NCBI GenBank assembly: GCA_965215365.1
Contig: CBDCDS010000003.1
Location: 1,888,001-1,952,000, forward strand
DNA: 64,000 bases
Origin: Gammaproteobacteria bacterium
GTDB lineage: Bacteria; Pseudomonadota; Gammaproteobacteria; Eutrophobiales; Eutrophobiaceae
Reading direction: 5' to 3'
The position numbers and the translations under genes were made by a program. The notes below the pieces were generated by a model. It worked only from the letters and a program-made list of their open reading frames with translations. It was not told the origin of the DNA and made no database searches. The first letter of the stretch is position 1, and each line of letters opens with the position of its first letter. Below are positions 49,065 through 64,000 of this stretch, piece after piece.

Positions 49065-49655
49065 ATGGAACCTCACGTTCAAATTCTGACTGCAATCATT
49101 GGCGTCGGTATCGCCTTGGCCGGGCTGATCCTGAGATTAGCCACGCGTGTCGACGGGCTGAGCGAAAAGATTGACAAATCAGTTGCCGCGCTGATCGAGA
49201 AGATTGACAAGACACGTGCCGAGCTGAACGAAAGGATTGACAAGACACGTGCCGAGCTGATCGATAAGATTGACAAATCGGTTGCCGCGCTGAACGAAAG
49301 GATTGACAAGACTAGTGAAAAAATTGACAAGACACGTGCCGAGCTGAACGAAAAGATAGACAAGACTAATGAAAAAATTGACAAGACACGTGCTGAGCTG
49401 AACGAAAAAATTGACAAGACACGTGCCGCGCTGAGCGAAAAAATTGACAAGACCAATGAGAGGGTTGACAAGACCAATGAGCGGGTTGGCAAGACCAATG
49501 GCCGGCTGGGGCGGGTCGAACAAGGTCTGGCGGCGCTCAAGGCCACGGTGGAGACTTTCTTCCGGGTGCGCGTCGACCCGTTGGTTCCCCCGCCGGATTC
49601 TTCCACGGATTCCTCGCCCCCGGTTGAGCAGCGCCGGACCGGCACGGATGGTTAA
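49065..49655 (+). CDS. Membrane-anchored coiled-coil repeat protein, copy 2
   Basis: Tandem duplicate of 48481-48975 with more repeats (196 aa). Confidence 0.75.
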   Translation: MEPHVQILTAIIGVGIALAGLILRLATRVDGLSEKIDKSVAALIEKIDKTRAELNERIDKTRAELIDKIDKSVAALNERIDKTSEKIDKTRAELNEKIDKTNEKIDKTRAELNEKIDKTRAALSEKIDKTNERVDKTNERVGKTNGRLGRVEQGLAALKATVETFFRVRVDPLVPPPDSSTDSSPPVEQRRTGTDG

Positions 49656-49705
49656 AACAGCATTGCTATATCACTGAAAAAAGTACAAAAAAAGCCAAAA
49701 ACTAC

Positions 49706-49734
49706 TTGACAATCTTGAGGGGGAATGCCATAAT
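49706..49734 (+). promoter_or_regulatory. Sigma70-type promoter of the giant adhesin
   Basis: TTGACA-17 nt-CATAAT. Confidence 0.7.
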
Positions 49735-49736
49735 GA

Positions 49737-49904
49737 ACAGCCGCACAGCCGCACAGCCGCACAGCCGCACAGCCGCACAGCCGCACAGCCGCACAGCCGC
49801 ACAGCCGCACAGCCGCACAGCCGCACAGCCGCACAGCCGCACAGCCGCACAGCCGCACAGCCGCACAGCCGCACAGCCGCACAGCCGCACAGCCGCACAG
49901 CCGC
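49737..49904 (+). repeat. Perfect octanucleotide microsatellite (ACAGCCGC)21
   Basis: 168 bp counted directly; ends immediately before ATG 49905. Confidence 0.97.
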
Positions 49905-63904
<14,000 letters not shown>

Positions 63905-64000
63905 CAGGGGCGTTCTTTTGATACCATGCCCGTTTTGTGTTGTTGCCACGTCACTCCATGCTGACTATATATAACTCCCTCACGCGACAAAAGGAAAAAT

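Noticed and set aside
48590-49500. Regularly recurring ATTGACAAG as a CRISPR-like or operator array
   Set aside because: It is the in-frame IDK codon block of a coiled-coil protein.
49737-49904. Possible CRISPR array or coding repeat ORFs (AAVRLCGC)n / (HSRTAAQP)n
   Set aside because: No spacers and no cas genes; the ORFs are by-products of a stop-free octamer repeat.

Overview
Proteobacterial (probably gammaproteobacterial; FN3/TPR/sulfotransferase content suggests a host-associated lineage such as a sponge symbiont, by inference) accessory-rich window. Left to right: a 5'-truncated UvrD/HelD helicase; a glutaconyl-CoA-decarboxylase-type Na+ pump (gcdA-gcdD-gcdB) divergent from a Rieske oxygenase/CoA-ligase/thiolase/OB-fold/SDR catabolic operon; a decayed restriction-modification pair (double-domain MTase, broken endonuclease); an NRAMP-like transporter; and a large defence island (about 14.8-42 kb). 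The island holds a co-oriented minus-strand cluster (multi-ubiquitin-E2 fusion, JAB-E1 fusion, DUF6527-like protein, OLD-type ABC ATPase, hypothetical, TIR, Nmad2, MazG-like, UDG-like, KAP NTPase, hsdS remnant) and a PsyrTA/RqlHI-like RecQ-PRTase+DprA pair shattered by nested insertions. Mobile elements are two IS1634 copies, two IS66 copies each carrying a DNA adenine methylase (one is part of a larger 3.6-kb unit with its own 8-bp target duplication and a poly-C-switched cargo gene), and a decayed IS481. The right part has TA modules, an omega-aminotransferase, two TPR-sulfotransferases, duplicated coiled-coil repeat genes, an (ACAGCCGC)21 microsatellite in front of a 3781-aa FN3/Ig adhesin, an RTX protein and lpxH. 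The best candidates for an undescribed system are the TIR-Nmad2-MazG-UDG nucleotide-modification operon, the ubiquitin-like conjugation operon coupled to an OLD nuclease, and the methylase-carrying IS66 with its phase-variable cargo. All family assignments come from motif recognition only; no searches were run.
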